Source: Eledone cirrhosa
Lineage: Eukaryota
Direction: 5' to 3'
Assembly: GCA_964016885.1 (NCBI GenBank)
Contig: OZ024740.1
Coordinates: forward strand, 58,900,001-58,964,000
Length of the DNA: 64,000 bases
Position numbers and translations under genes: made by a program. The first letter of the stretch is position 1. The number at the start of each line of letters is the position of its first letter. The notes below the pieces were generated by a model. The model had not been told where the DNA came from and made no database searches. It saw nothing but the letters and a program-made list of their open reading frames with translations. Positions 1 through 13,160 of this stretch are shown in pieces.

Positions 1-1620
1 AGCGTCAGTGATGGCAAGTGTGCCATCGTCGTTTAGTACACACTTCTCCCCGACAATATCACGGTTTTCCTTGACGCATTGCCTAGCAATCCTGAACACC
101 TCACGTTTTTGGTCATCGCGTTGTAGAACATGCTTGAACTTTCTTTCCTCAGCTTCCCTTCTTGCTAAGTACACTTGTCTCCTAGCTTCCCTCCTGGCCA
201 CTTGATAGTCTTCTCTACTTCCCCCATCCCGCCATACTTTCCAAGCCTGCTTTTTGGCCTTAATTGACCCCTCCACCTTACTGTTCCACCACCATGTTAC
301 TCTCCTCCTGCCTACAGGCCTGCTCCAGCCACAGACTTCGTCTGTCGCCAACAGCAGGTTTGCTTTCAGAAATTCCCACTCTCCCTCTATATTGTCCGAC
401 TCTAAATGTTCTTCCTTACTGTCGAAAGCATCAAGTAATATGCTTTGAAATTTATTCCTGGCTGTGGGGTCCTTTAGCTTCCATATTTTTCTCCTGAGGA
501 TAGTTCTCTTCTGCTGTCGGGTACGTCTCGTCCTGACTATGAGGTCGCTAATTATCAGTCTATGTTGGGAGGTGCATTCTTCATGGGGGAGGGATTTAGT
601 GTTTACAACAGACACTCTGTCACGTCTTCTGGTAAGAATATAATCTACCTGGCTTGTGTGTTCCCCGGATCTATAGGTGATCAGGTGATTGTCACGTTTT
701 TTGAAGTTAGTGTTACAGATAGTTAGGTTATTTGCATCACAGAATTCCAGGATTCTGGAGCCTTCCTCATTTCTAGTACCAAACCCATAGCCTCCATGGA
801 TTTCGTCGTAGCCGTCACAATGTTGTCCAACGTGACCATTTAGGTCGCCTGCGATAATTATATAGTCCCTGTCGGATATTTGGGAGGTAGTTAGCATCAG
901 TGTCTCATAGAATCTGTCTTTTATAGTGCCGGGCAGTCCGGATTGGGGTGCATACGCAGATATTACTGTCACCGTAGTTCTATTGAGGACAAGTCGTATT
1001 TTAATTATTCTGTCGTTCACTCTATTTACGTCTATTATCTTATCTGCCCACTTTTCTGCTACCATGATTCCTACTCCACCCAGCCCATCGTCGTTTCCCA
1101 CCCAGAAAAGCTTATAACATCGTTTTTTACCCTCAATGAACCTAGCAGACCCACCCCTCCACCTGGTCTCTTGAATACAACAAACATCGACCTCCTTACG
1201 TTCAAGCATTTCTACAATCTCGTTAGTGCGACCCTTTAGGGTGCCTACATTTATGGTACCAACTCTGAAGTTTTGGATTGCGTTTGGGGGTTAGGGGCGA
1301 TGGGGTTATGTTAGCCGTCCGCGGTCGAAACAATGAGTGCTCGCATTCTCGTCCAAGAGGTGAATTTGTCTTTATCTTTGGCATTGTCGCTTGAGCGTCC
1401 AGATTTTTCTCTCTCTCTCCTCCACTCTCCAGGATTCCGCAGTCCATCCATCCATCATATATCGAAAGGCAACCAGGCAAGCGATAGTATAGGCCTCTGG
1501 CTTCTGATTGGTCCGCGTAATAATACTGGTGATGCGTGGGGGCTCTGTTTTATGATTGGTCCACGTAATAGCAATGGTGGTGCGTGGGGGTGGGAGGGGT
1601 GTTGGGTAGCTAGATAGAAG
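1..1620 (-). mobile_element. RTE-clade LINE, 5' part (5' UTR + APE endonuclease domain), runs off the left edge
   Basis: Minus strand reads GTINVGTLKGR..CCIQETRW..GDLNGHVG..QVDY (APE motifs). Near-identical to 62139-64000 but lacks that copy's two stop codons (TGG and CAA retained). 5' boundary approximate. Confidence 0.9.
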
Positions 1621-2038
1621 GTAATGATTGAATGGGGTCCTTGCATTTAACAAGCGATTAACAAAAATACAAAATTTGTTCTGTTCAATACGACCAAAAA
1701 CTTTCGTATTTAACAATTAATAAATACAAAAAATGTAGTTTGTTTTAGCGATAGATTGGCTATTTGGACTTGATACGAAATATGGATTGTTTTGAAAATA
1801 CGCTAGAATTAGAATTAAAATACGCTAGAATTAGGATTTGTGGAGGAAGAGAAATGAAATCTGTACATTACGTTACATGAATATCGTGGAGTAGAGACAG
1901 CAAGCAATGAAATTTGGCGAAGTGAATTCCTATCATATATATATATATAGAGAGAGAGGGGGGGTGGCCGCATGATGGTTGTGTGTGTTAGGCGTTTGAC
2001 CGCCCCATGCCTTCGAAGAAGGAAGAAGGAAAGGATTT

Positions 2039-2108
<70 letters not shown>

Positions 2109-2503
2109 AAGTGTACAAACCAATCAAGAAGGAGAGATATGAGATTAGTTGTGAGAATTATAAGCCAGTAGTGGAGAGGACAGTGTGTTCAATGCGTATT
2201 AAGTGCAAGACAAGCGAACAATGAAAGTAAGCAAGAGAATCATATGTCATGTAAAATTGTATAGGCAAGCGTTAATATAAAAATGATTGTTATAGTAACA
2301 AATCGTTTCCCTTTCATCCTATTTATGTCCCTCGCTATTTACACTTGCTTACTTCCGGTTATGTCAATCCACTGTTACTTACAGGCATAACAAGCTTCTA
2401 TTTTAATCCTTCGATTGATAAGTGGTATGGTATGTGTTTCATGTTTTTTGTTGTCTCCCCCATCAGTGACATCTATTTTTGAATTTTACGTTTATTTTTC
2501 TTT

Positions 2504-2634
2504 TTGGTTCTGAAGATGAGGTCAAATCATAGTTCGGTTTTTACATCATCTGTACCTATGATTCTAAAATTGATAGATTTTATTTTTATGGACTGAATTA
2601 TGATCCGGCTTTTGTTGAAACAATTGTAAACCAA
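2504..2634 (+). ncRNA. Degenerate type I hammerhead ribozyme motif with extended stem II (PLE pseudo-LTR remnant)
   Basis: TTGGTT-CTGAAGA-(~100 nt incl. ATCATAGTTC/GAATTATGAT pairing)-GAAA-CAATTG-TA-AACCAA, then AATAAA. Region flanked by (TA)n. Base of stem II is unpaired. Confidence 0.55.
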
Positions 2635-2682
2635 TAAATATTATTTTAAGAATTTGGTTGTGTATTCTCTGATAATAATTTA

Positions 2683-2715
<33 letters not shown>

Positions 2716-2741
2716 GCATGATATTTGGATACATTTTATCT

Positions 2742-3402
2742 AAGGTGTCTTGGCTTCACTCAACAAGACCTTTGTCAGCCACTCTCCAGCTATTTATTTA
2801 AACCTGTATATAGCTATGGCATGGCCACACTTAGAATTTGCATCATCAATCTGGAACCCCTATCTTGCTTAGAACATTGACCTCCTGGAAACTGTTCAGA
2901 GATGTGCAACCAAGCGAATACCCTCCATCAGGCATCTACCATACTCTGAACGCTTTGCTTCCCTGGGCATGGATACATTGAAGCTCCGACATCTGGCAAC
3001 TGACTTGGTAAACACCCACAAAATTATTAACCATCTTGCCAACAACAACCCTGAGCACTTTTTTGAATTCCATGTATCTAACACACGTGGGCATGCCTAC
3101 AAAGTCAGAAAATAGAACAGCTCCCATGACTTTTGGAAAGTTTTTTCATGCTCAGAGTTGCTGAAACATGGAACAAACTACCTGCATCAGTTGTTAGCTG
3201 TCGAGACACTGCATCCTTTAAAACCTCCATGCTCCTGAAATTCGCCAATTATCCCCCCTCCATATACAAGCACACATGTATATCATGACTCATTTACTTT
3301 TCACTTTCCTGACATTTGTACATTATTCTATGTACTATATATGCACCTCTGATGAGTTGTAGTGCACCTGAGCACTGTACACAATAATTTCATTATTATT
3401 AT
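2742..3402 (+). mobile_element. CR1/L2-type LINE 3' fragment
   Basis: Decayed RT C-terminus (PHLEFASSIWNP, TRGH, WNKLP), (ATT)n tail; paralog of 57211-58420. Confidence 0.85.
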
Positions 3403-3842
3403 AAACTCCAATATATTAGCCCTGTGTATCCCATTTAGAATAGGTTCCTGTATGTCATAAGAAGTGACTATAAGGGTTGCCATCAAGAAGGATACTCAGT
3501 TGTAAAGCATGGCCCCCTTAAAAAATCCTGTTCAACCCATGATGACATGGAAAAATTGCCATAAAAACAATGATTATGATAATGACATACTCCAATATAT
3601 TTCTATTTACTCTTTTATCACCCAACTAAAACAATCTTTACTACTGTCTCTTTAACCCTGGTAACTACTTCAAAACGTTCAAATCGAGGGGGTTTTTTTT
3701 TATAGCGTATTTAATTTTCTTTTAATGTATTCATTTACTTGAGAAATTCCTTTAATATTTTTTTTTCTACCAAGTAAACAGATTCTGTAATGAGATATAA
3801 ATACTTGTTTTCCCTTTGATTTAATTCCTTTTCCCTGTAACT

Positions 3843-4237
3843 AATAATTGTTTCTACTTTTGGCACAAGGCCAGCAATTATCCCAGTGTATTACTGGTAC
3901 TTTATTTTATCGACCCCAAAAGGATGAAAGGCAAAGTTAACCGTGGCGGAATTTGAACTTAGACCGCAAAGGGTCATAACTCTATGCTGCAAAGCATGGT
4001 GTCTGACGCTCTACCGATTCTGCCAATCCACCGCCCTGTAATTATTAATTGTTTCTACTTTTTGGTACAAGGCCAGCAATTACCCAGTGCATTATTGGTA
4101 CTTTATTTTATCGACCCCGTAAGGATGAAAGGCAAAGTTAACCTCGGCGGGATTCGAACTCAGAATGGCAAGGGCCATAACTCTATGCATCAAAGCATAG
4201 CGTCTGACCCTCTACCGATACTGCCAATCTACCGCCC
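3843..4237 (-). mobile_element. Two tandem copies of a ~195-bp tRNA-derived SINE
   Basis: Minus strand has A-box-like TGGCAGAATCGG, B-box-like GTTCRAAT and the central motif GCCTTTCATCCTT..GGGGTCGATAAAATAAAGTACC. Further partial copies near 48803-48924 (+), 54684-54781 (-), 56457-56565 (+). Confidence 0.8.
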
Positions 4238-5541
4238 TGTAATTAATAATGCTGCCTAATTTCTTTTAGTAACTAGGTTTACATAAATATAGATTATTCT
4301 GTTTAAATAAATCTACCTTAGAAAATAAGTCGTTTGTGAAGAATTTTAATATCTAAATTAATGCTAAATCTTCACTTAATTGAACTCAAAATGCTAACAT
4401 CTTTTTGGGAACACAAACAGCCTTATTCTTCTTCATAGCTTTCAGTTTGATGATAATCTGTTATAAAGTTAATACTTTAGTTGATATGGATGCAGGTGGA
4501 GCCATATGGGTAAGAAGTTCACTTCACAATCATGAGGTTCTGGGTTCAATCCCCCTGTATGTCATCCAGGGCCTCCAAGAGAAATATTGCAAGACCTCTT
4601 TGGAGTCCAAAGCAGGCAAAGATTTTTCTCAAAATGGATGTTGCATGGTTGCTATGGGGGCCTTCTTAGCTCTTGGGCACTGGAACAAAGTTCTGGTAGG
4701 ACCTCCACTCCCTTCTCATAGGCTCTGTGTGACATCTGTTACCAGTGTCTCAGGTCAACTCCAGCCTTGTGAGTGAAATTGAATAAATGGAAACTATTTG
4801 AAAGTCTATTAAGAACCAGCCTCATTACACATTGTTTTCACACTGAATTTTCCTGACATTTATATTAAAAGTACATATATTCACCCACTTGCAGATAAAT
4901 TTAATGAGTAAGCTGTTCTATTAATCAAACAGCTAGAACACACAACTGACAGGGGTCAATTTAATTTTACTTTAGTTTATAGTGTTGGGTTTTAAGCTTT
5001 AAAGTTGTTTAGCTTAACATTTATATTAACTGATTTTAAATTTAAATTTTCTATTTCTTGAGGTAATTGTAAATATCATCATTAATATTAAGTATTGACA
5101 TTTTCCCATTCATTTACATATGGAGTGTCTGATAAGTTGATTTATATATTATAACATCACATTTCTTTCTTCCTGAATTACTGATATATTTGTTTTATTT
5201 ATATTTAACAACTGATGAACAATTTTGTTATTGATTAATTGATTACAGGCTTCCAATGGACCAATCACTGGTCTGCTGCATTCTCATTTATAACAGTACC
5301 AAGGATGTGTCTGTGTAACTTAATGCAGAGCATATATCACAAGGGATTTTTTTTCAAAGCGCACCACTCACTCTTAGGTGTGGGGTCGGAGATGGTTTTT
5401 ACCATTATACATAAAAAAAATATGAAAGAGTGTATATATTTCTATAGATTTTAGCTAGCACTTCATGTCGAAATATGATGTTCAGTGGTGATATAGCAGT
5501 TGTCTAACCCATGCTAGCATGGAAAAATGGACGTAAAACAG

Positions 5542-5572
<31 letters not shown>

Positions 5573-6169
5573 CCAACAGGAACTCAAGTCTCTGATGCAC
5601 TACTTCTTTCATACTTGCAAAGATATCCTCACCTCGGTTACATAGATTGACTAGCAAATAAGGAAGGCAGCTTCGTTAGCAATGCAGGTGTCTCTGTCCA
5701 CTTTTATTTCAATCAGTACAGGTATTCTACCTGATTTTCTCAATGATTATTTATAGTGATTGGCTATTATTATGGGAATTTTCATTGGGATGCACACATT
5801 TTACACAAACACACGCACATACATTTTTTTTTTTTCAAAAAATAATTTTTTAAGGTTCCCCCTTCAAAAAATTGTTTTTTGATTTGCCTTGTTTTCGTTC
5901 ATTGTCTTGTCTTCCCTTTGTTAATTTTCATATATATATATATATATATATATCACCATCCCTGTTTAACGTCCATTCTTCCATGCTAGCATGGGTTAGA
6001 TGAGTTGTCCCATTGTGTGACAAGTCAGGTCAGGTGACCATGTCTTGCTCATGCAGAACTGTTTCTGGCTTGGTTTCTACAGCTGAATGCCCTTCCTTAC
6101 GCCAACCACATATACGGTGTGGAAGCAAATAGATCTTATTATTTCACTTTTATTATCAATCATCAATGA

Positions 6170-6520
6170 ATCTTTATCATTTCATTCATCATTTCATTTT
6201 ACGTCCGCTTTTTCCCTGCTTGCAAGGGTGGTACGGGAACTGATTCTGGCTTGATTTCTACAGCTGGATGCCCTTCCTAACACCAACCTCATTTACAGTG
6301 AGTGCTGGGTGCTTTTGTGCCGTGGCACCTCCACGACCACTTTGCAGTGGAATGATAGGGACCCTAGTCCCTATCATCTCATTTCTACAGCTGAGTAAAC
6401 TGGAGCAATGTGAAATAAAGTGTCTTGCTCAAGGAAACAACACATCACCCGGTCTGAGAATTGAACTCACAACCTTTCGATTGCAAGGCTAATGCTCTAA
6501 CCACTAAGCCATGTGCCTCC
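6170..6520 (-). mobile_element. tRNA-head SINE with CORE-like centre and RTE-derived 3' tail
   Basis: Head GGAGGCACATGGCTTAGTGGTTAGAGC..GAGTTCAATTCTC; centre TCCTTGAGCAAGACACTT; tail matches the RTE 3' UTR at ~33660-33928. Confidence 0.85.
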
Positions 6521-6710
6521 TCTATCCATATGATAATTATTGTCTGAAAATGAAACAGAATAATGATGTATAAACAAAAGATGATAATATAAAAATAAAA
6601 TGTTAAAGATAGCTGTCTAAAATATACTTAATGGTTACTGGAGATTATGTTACAATGTCCAGTAGTTTAAGAAAATGTTACACTATATGAATAAGTCTTT
6701 TAGGAGGCTT

Positions 6711-6911
6711 TATGAGGGTCGGCTGAAAAGCTCATAGGCTGACCAAGATACTCTCATGGAATGACCAAATGGGGTTTATTTTTCAACATAACCCTTGGAA
6801 AGAAACAATGCAGTTATTAATAAGAAAGTTGAAATTAATGCCTGCAAGATTTCGCAACTCTACCATCACTCCTTCATAGTCAGTTTATGAAGTTTTCAGC
6901 CCATCCTCGTA
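6711..6911. mobile_element. Mariner-type MITE
   Basis: Imperfect TIRs TATGAGGGTCGGCTGAAAAGCTCATAGGCTGAC / GTCAGTTTATGAAGTTTTCAGCCCATCCTCGTA with TA ends. Confidence 0.65.
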
Positions 6912-7843
6912 TGTTATGGTTAGAATACTGGATTTCATTACTTTTGTTTACAAGCTCACTTAATTAGTCTGTGCTGTCATTTAATTGGCTTGATAAAACC
7001 TTTGTTGTTAACGATGCATAAATATTGGTTATAACGGGTTGAACGTCAGAGCCATTGATATTGGGGTTTAAATCTGGTCTAGTAGTATTATGTATTCATC
7101 AGCGATAGGACTACTATTACCTTGAATTTCAATATCATCTGGAATTCGTTTATTTGCTTGCTGGCTTTACATTTCTGTTGTAGTTACATCCTTATCTGCA
7201 TTACTTGGTATGAATTGACAAAAGAAAACTGCTGTTTCCTGTTCATTGTCTTTGTAAACTAAATTATTTAATGTTAACAAACATTGTGTACTGAAGCCGA
7301 TCTATCGGACATTTACAAAATGCTCAGGGAATAAAGTTACTATATAGAATGGTGTGCTCATGAGCTGAGATGCTATAAAATAGAGTGAAGACCCTTAAAA
7401 ACAGAAAAAGAAGCTTCTTTTTCTGTCTTTAACCCTTTAGCATTTTTATTACTCTATATTTACTATTGTATTTTTGCAGTAATTATCTCACATAATTATT
7501 TCACATAATATCGAATCTATGAGATTTTGATATCGTGGTTTAAATGCTATTTTATAAGCTATTTTATAGAATCACAGCACATGAATACACCATTCTGTAT
7601 ATTAAATTATTTAATGCTTACTTCAATCTATTCTGCAGTCTCTGTGAATAACTCATACTTTAATTACACATTACCCTTTTCAAAAGCTCTGTTTTTTCCA
7701 GAGTCTAGTATCCACTGAAGTATGAGTATCTTTGCTGACACACTGATGAAATTTGGGGAAATATTTATAGTGTGCAGAAAATACTAGTACAGAGAGAAAT
7801 ACATATTGAATGCTGTGTCCATGAATATTTCCACCACACTTAC

Positions 7844-7897
7844 CTCCCTTTTGTACTGCAGCAGTGTGACATGCCACATCTTCTGTAAACCATTGCA
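7844..7897 (-). CDS. Tentative 54-nt host exon (xQWFTEDVACHTAAVQKG)
   Basis: Acceptor ATCCCTACCCAG and consensus donor AG|GTAAGT; open symmetric phase-1 frame; non-repetitive surroundings. No homology recognised. Confidence 0.25.
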
Positions 7898-8029
7898 CTG
7901 GGTAGGGATTATAAGCTTAACATTGTTTTAGAGCAATTAGAAATATTTCCAGTATTATTATAAATATCCTCTTCGATTTCAGTGGGAAACAAATCTTTTC
8001 GTTGTTTCTTTTGTGTGCTTTCAATAGGC

Positions 8030-8700
8030 ATTTTTCCAGGAAATTGGAGGGTGTGGATCACTCCCTCTCCCTCCTCAGAGTTTTCTCTATGATTTTTATT
8101 TCACATGTTATCAACAAATATGACCTCCAAACCAGTCAGAAAGGACTAGCTTTGTAAAAAAAGAAGGGGTTAAAGGGGGCCGAAAGACCATAGGTATTTC
8201 ACAGATCTACACCCACCTCACGTTTGGTAAGAAATAATTATTTTTCTTCAGATTTTTCATGTTATCAACTAATCTGACCTAGATGGTTGCAATTGACTTT
8301 TTTCCAGGATTAGGGTTATGGTTGGAGTTATGGTTAGGGTTTCCATTTTCTGTGAAAAAAAAATTCAATTGTGAGCATCTTGGAGGTCAGATTGGTTGAT
8401 AGCACACAAATAAAAATAATTATTTCCCTCCAAACACAAGAGGGGTGTATATCTGTGAAACTCTGATGGTCTTTATGCCCCCTTTCCCACTCCTTTTTCT
8501 ACATAGCTAGTCATTTCTAATTGGTTTGGAGGTCATATTCATTGATAAAACATAAGAAAATAAATCATAGAGAAAACCCTGAGGAAGGGTAGGGGCACAT
8601 CCACCCAACTCCCTCTGTTTCTTTTGAAAAAAAGTCGATTGCAAGCATCTTGGAGGTTAGATTAGTTGATAGCACATGAAAAAACTGAGGAAACAAATTT
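8030..8700. mobile_element. Old palindromic (fold-back) non-autonomous DNA element
   Basis: ~8075-8245 and ~8415-8585 are diverged inverted copies (TTTTCTCTATGATTT..GACCTCCAAACC / GGTTTGGAGGTC..AAATCATAGAGAAAA); centre has degenerate GGTTAG repeats. Confidence 0.55.
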
Positions 8701-8799
8701 TTTCCCACTGAAATTTAGGGAGATGTTTTCCTATAAATTTACCATAGATTTTCTAACCCTGCTACTATATATATACATGCATACAAACACACACATACA

Positions 8800-8836
<37 letters not shown>

Positions 8837-8879
8837 ACACACATACACATATATATGTTATATTAATAAATATATGTAT

Positions 8880-9580
8880 ATCCGAAGCTGAAGCATATAG
8901 ACAATATGCCCCCACACCCTCCCACTGTAAAGTGGACGTGGGTGTGCCACGGAAAAAAAGCACCCAGCACTCACTGTAAATGAGGTTGGTGTTAGGAAGG
9001 GCATCCAGCTGTAGAAATCAAGCCAGAATCAGTTCCTGTATGAGCAAGACAAGGTCAGCTGCAAGACAAGGTCAGCTGCCGACCGCACACTGCCCACAAC
9101 AGGACAACCCGTCTAACCCATGCTAGCATGGAAGAACGGACGTAAAACGGTGATGATCGTTTAACATCCATTTTCGATGCTAGCGTAGGTTGGAGGGGGT
9201 GTTGATAGATTAAGCCAGAACTGAAGCGGGGTTACTGACGTCCCAGACAGGCCAGAGGATCTGCATCTCACTTACATACAATCCCAATATATCATCATCA
9301 TCGTTTTACGTCCGTTCTTCCACGCTAGCATGGGTTAGATGGGTTGTCCTGTTGTGGGCAGTGTCTGGTCGGCTGACCATGCCTTGCTCATACAGGAACT
9401 GATTTGGCTTGATTTCTACAGCTGGATGCCCTTCCTAACACCAACCTCATTTACAGTGAGTGCTGGGTGCTTTTTCGTGGCGCCTACACGTCCACTTTAC
9501 AGTGTGGGTTGGGTGCTTTTTTTGCCGTGGCACCTCCACGACCACCTTGCAGTGGGGGGGGGGGCATATTGTCTATATGC
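8880..9580. mobile_element. Tail-to-tail pair of RTE 3'-UTR fragments (8880-9157 +, 9293-9580 -)
   Basis: Both match the 3' UTR and (GAT)n tail at 33630-33928. Confidence 0.8.
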
Positions 9581-9600
9581 TTATATATATATATACTGTA

Positions 9601-12600
9601 TCTATATACTGTATATATGTACTGTATATATATAAAGTGAAGTTGGGCGTTGATTGTTTGTTTGGTGTCCCGAACTTGCAGGCTACATCGTTCATCCGAT
9701 TTTCATGAAACTTGACACATATAAAACTCGACCTGTAGATTGGAATAGGCTACTTGAAATTTTCGAAAAATCCATATTTTCAAAAATCGTCCGATTTCGA
9801 TGAAACTCGACGCAAGTGTGTATTTTGATGCGGGGATGAATGTGGGCTACATTAAATTTTTGAAAAATCGATAATTGAATCACCAGAGACAAAAATCAAT
9901 ATTTACGAAATTTGTCCGATTCCAATGAAATTTGACGCAAGTCTCTTTAAATTAACGCTCACCATATTCAGCAAACCTTTTTTGCGGATTCTTCCATTTT
10001 TTATATAAGGACTATCGAGACTATACCGCCGCGCATCATCCTGTATTGCGCCCAGTCTACTCAAGCGATCTTCGAGCCTCCATGAGCTCTCTTCATTCTC
10101 GTGGTCCCACTACAGTAGTATAATGAGGCATCCGTCAACCCCTGCCCTATCCCTTCTCTGCATGCTGTCGACCCACTGCATCATTGTGCATCACCATGCA
10201 AATCTCTGCCTTGTCAGCCGCAATTCATTCCCCAGCCCTTTCCATTGTCTGCCTTCCTTGGTCCCTAAGAACTGCCACAGCTCAAAATGCCGAATCCCTG
10301 CCACCGTCCACCCCTACCCATTTCCATTGCCTACACTCCGGGAGAGCTCAAGCCGCATCCCTGCCTGCCCTCTCCCTTCCCTGCCATCATCCCACTGCAT
10401 CGTCATGCCTCACCATACCGCATTACTGCCCTGTCGGCCACCATCCCCTCCTCAGCCCTTTCTTTTGCCTGCCCGCCATGCTCCTTCAAGACTGCCATGC
10501 CTAACCAAGCCACATCCCTGCCACCATCAAGTCCTGCCCTCTCCCTCCCTGCGCGCCGTCGACCCACTGCATCGTTATGCCTCACCATGCCGCATCCATG
10601 ATCTGTCAGCTGCCATCCCCTCCTCGGCCCTTTATTTTGCCTGCCCGCCATGCTCCTTCAAGACTGCCATGCCTAACCAAGCCGCTTCCCTGCCACCGTC
10701 ATCCCCTGCCCTCTCCCTTACCCACACACCTTGGTCCCTCACAACTGCCATGGCTCACCATGTAGCATTCCTGCCCTGTCAGCAACTTGCTCAAATGTCA
10801 TCAGCATGGTTTATTCCTGCGCTGCACATAACCGCCCATTATCAAAGACAGCTCCGAACATGAAGACGATCCTGTGTAAGTCTTTTTACATTCATTTTGA
10901 CCATATTTAACAAAATTAAACAAAAGTTCATCCCTGCCCTGTCAGCCACCATCCACTCCCCAACCCTTTCCACTGCCTAGGCATGGAAGTCTTGAGAGAC
11001 CAAGTCGCATCCCTGCCACCGTCAACTCCTGTCCTCTCCGTTCCCTGCACGCCGTCGTCCCACTGCATTGTCATGCATCACCATGCTACATCAATGCTCT
11101 GTCAGCCACCATCTCTTCCTCGGCCCTTTCTTTTGCCTGACTGCTGTGCTCCTTCAAGACTCCCATGGCAATCTATGCCACATCAATTCCTTGCCACCCA
11201 CTTAAATGTCATCAGCATGGCTTGTTGTTGCCCCATTTAACCACCGATTTTCGCATGCTAAACACAATACAAACGTGCACGATAGTCCATGGTAAATCTT
11301 TTTAATTACATGTTCATCATGCTAAGCAAAGGATGAATAGCAACTCTTTCATTTCTCCTGACATGCCTTTCTGTCAATTATGGCCGAGAAGCATCCTGTG
11401 TAGCATCGCGTCTTCTCAAGCGATCAGTGTGCCTTCTACTGTCCTCACAACGCCGCATCTATTCCCTGCGACGCCTCTAAACATCATCAGCATGGCTTAT
11501 TTTTCTGCCGCGTTTAACCGTCCCTCATTCTAGGCCATAAACAACAAAACCGCACGATGATGCTGCATAAGTCTATTTAAATTAATGGTCAACATGTTCA
11601 GCAAAACAATTGTACCAATTCTTCCTCTTCACCTCCAAGCCCTATCCATTACATCTTAGAGGTCGGGATTCGCAATTTCTATGATTTCAATATTGACACA
11701 ACAGTCCGTCAAGTTTTTTGGCACATGTTGCTCTGATAGGAATATCCAACGTGATTTTCACTTAATTCGTAAGTGTTCAGTCTTCCGTATGCTTTTATTT
11801 TTTATTGATTCAACACCGACTACAATCATCTAACTTCACTTTGTAGGCTAGATGTGAATCACAAGGAAAACAATCCTCTGATATACAACCCCACCAAATT
11901 CTTTGGTCTACCTAGATTTCAATGGCTATATCCTTTGCTTTTGTACGGTTGTACATTTGACAATGCCGCAAAACATTATTCCACTTGATTCTTACCTTTC
12001 AGCTATGAATTGGGCAGTGCCTTAAAATCCCGGTTTATTTGCGTGCAATTTTTTGGTATCTTATGAATGGAGAATCGAAAACCCATTTCTCATCACCTGA
12101 TACATGCGTTACACATGCTCCATGGCCGTTTGAGGACTATTTTTTCAAAATACCAATATCACAGATTGGAGCACAAAAAGAAACGTTTGTTCTTCATTTA
12201 TTTCGGTTAAAGCATCCTGCTGGAATTTAGTGCAGACCCGTTTAAATCCAGCGCCTTATAACCCCGAGTGTAACCGGGTACACCAGCTAGAAAGACAAAT
12301 GGAAACATTTTTTCCTCGGTCTGATTTGACGAAAGTCAATTTAGTTCCACAACAAATTAACAAACCATACTTGAAGACACGTTGAGGCTGTTGCAAAGGG
12401 CAATAACCCTAGACACAATTTTGATCAACTTTTTTTCACCTATAGCAAATTTGCCGGGACAGGTTTTTAGCTACTCAAATCTACTTCAGAGGTTACGCAT
12501 TCATGCAAAAAATCAATAAAACTGAAGCGGGGGGTCGACTTTGCGCAAAAAACAAGGCAAAGTTGCACATGGGAAAACTTTTTACAGGAACGTCCGATTT

Positions 12601-12993
12601 TCTTGAAAACTGTTGCAAAAGACTCGCCATTATGCCGCGGTTCAGATAAAGTCCCTTTTATTTCTTCTTCTGCACATGTGAGTGCGAAAATTGTAAAAAA
12701 AAAAAAAAACTGTGAAAAAATCGACTTTTTCACCCTGCTTTAAAAATCAACTGAAAATTCAATTTCAAGTGAATTTGACTTCCGTCAGTCATGCAAAGAA
12801 CAATTTCAACGATACACTGTGAACCTACAATTGATCCATTATTTATGCTCACACCTGCATCTACTAACCTCTGTTTTTTTCCTTGAGGTTCGAAGGTTTT
12901 TGCACCTGTGATGTGCGGGAAGTAACTTTCACACATTTTAACAACAGAGCAAAGGTCGACTTACACCCGGGCAACGCCGGGTACTTCTGATAG
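9601..12993 (+). mobile_element. Non-autonomous Helitron-like element with two successive 3' ends
   Basis: 5' TCTATATA..TATAAAGTG; 3' hairpin CCCGGGCAACGCCGGG + GATAG|T at 12966-12993; internal hairpin CCCGAGTGTAACCGGG + CTAG at 12263-12290; no TSD; internal GC-rich repeats. Confidence 0.7.
10120..11220 (+). repeat. Diverged GC-rich tandem-like repeats (units up to ~190 bp) inside the Helitron
   Basis: Recurrent CCCACTGCATCGTCATGC..CACCAT and CCATGCTCCTTCAAGACTGCCATG motifs. Confidence 0.75.
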
Positions 12994-13026
<33 letters not shown>

Positions 13027-13160
13027 GTAGATAAATCTACCAAGAGTTTACGGTAGTGTCCAATCCGTATGAAGAACTCAATGTAATCCGGATATCATGA
13101 AAAGAAGAGATGCAATGAAATATCACTTTCGGTGAAAGATAAACGGAATACAGAGTCAAG

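Noticed and set aside
7121-7174. Additional minus-strand exon ending in AAG|GTAAT
   Set aside because: Weak acceptor, and the frame compatible with the 7844 candidate contains a stop.
8309-8342. Interstitial telomere or telomere-associated PLE end
   Set aside because: Only two exact TTAGGG among degenerate units, at the centre of a palindromic DNA element.
10123-10863. 246-aa Pro/Cys/His-rich ORF
   Set aside because: Arises from GC-rich tandem repeats within a Helitron-like element; several frames are open and no domain is evident.
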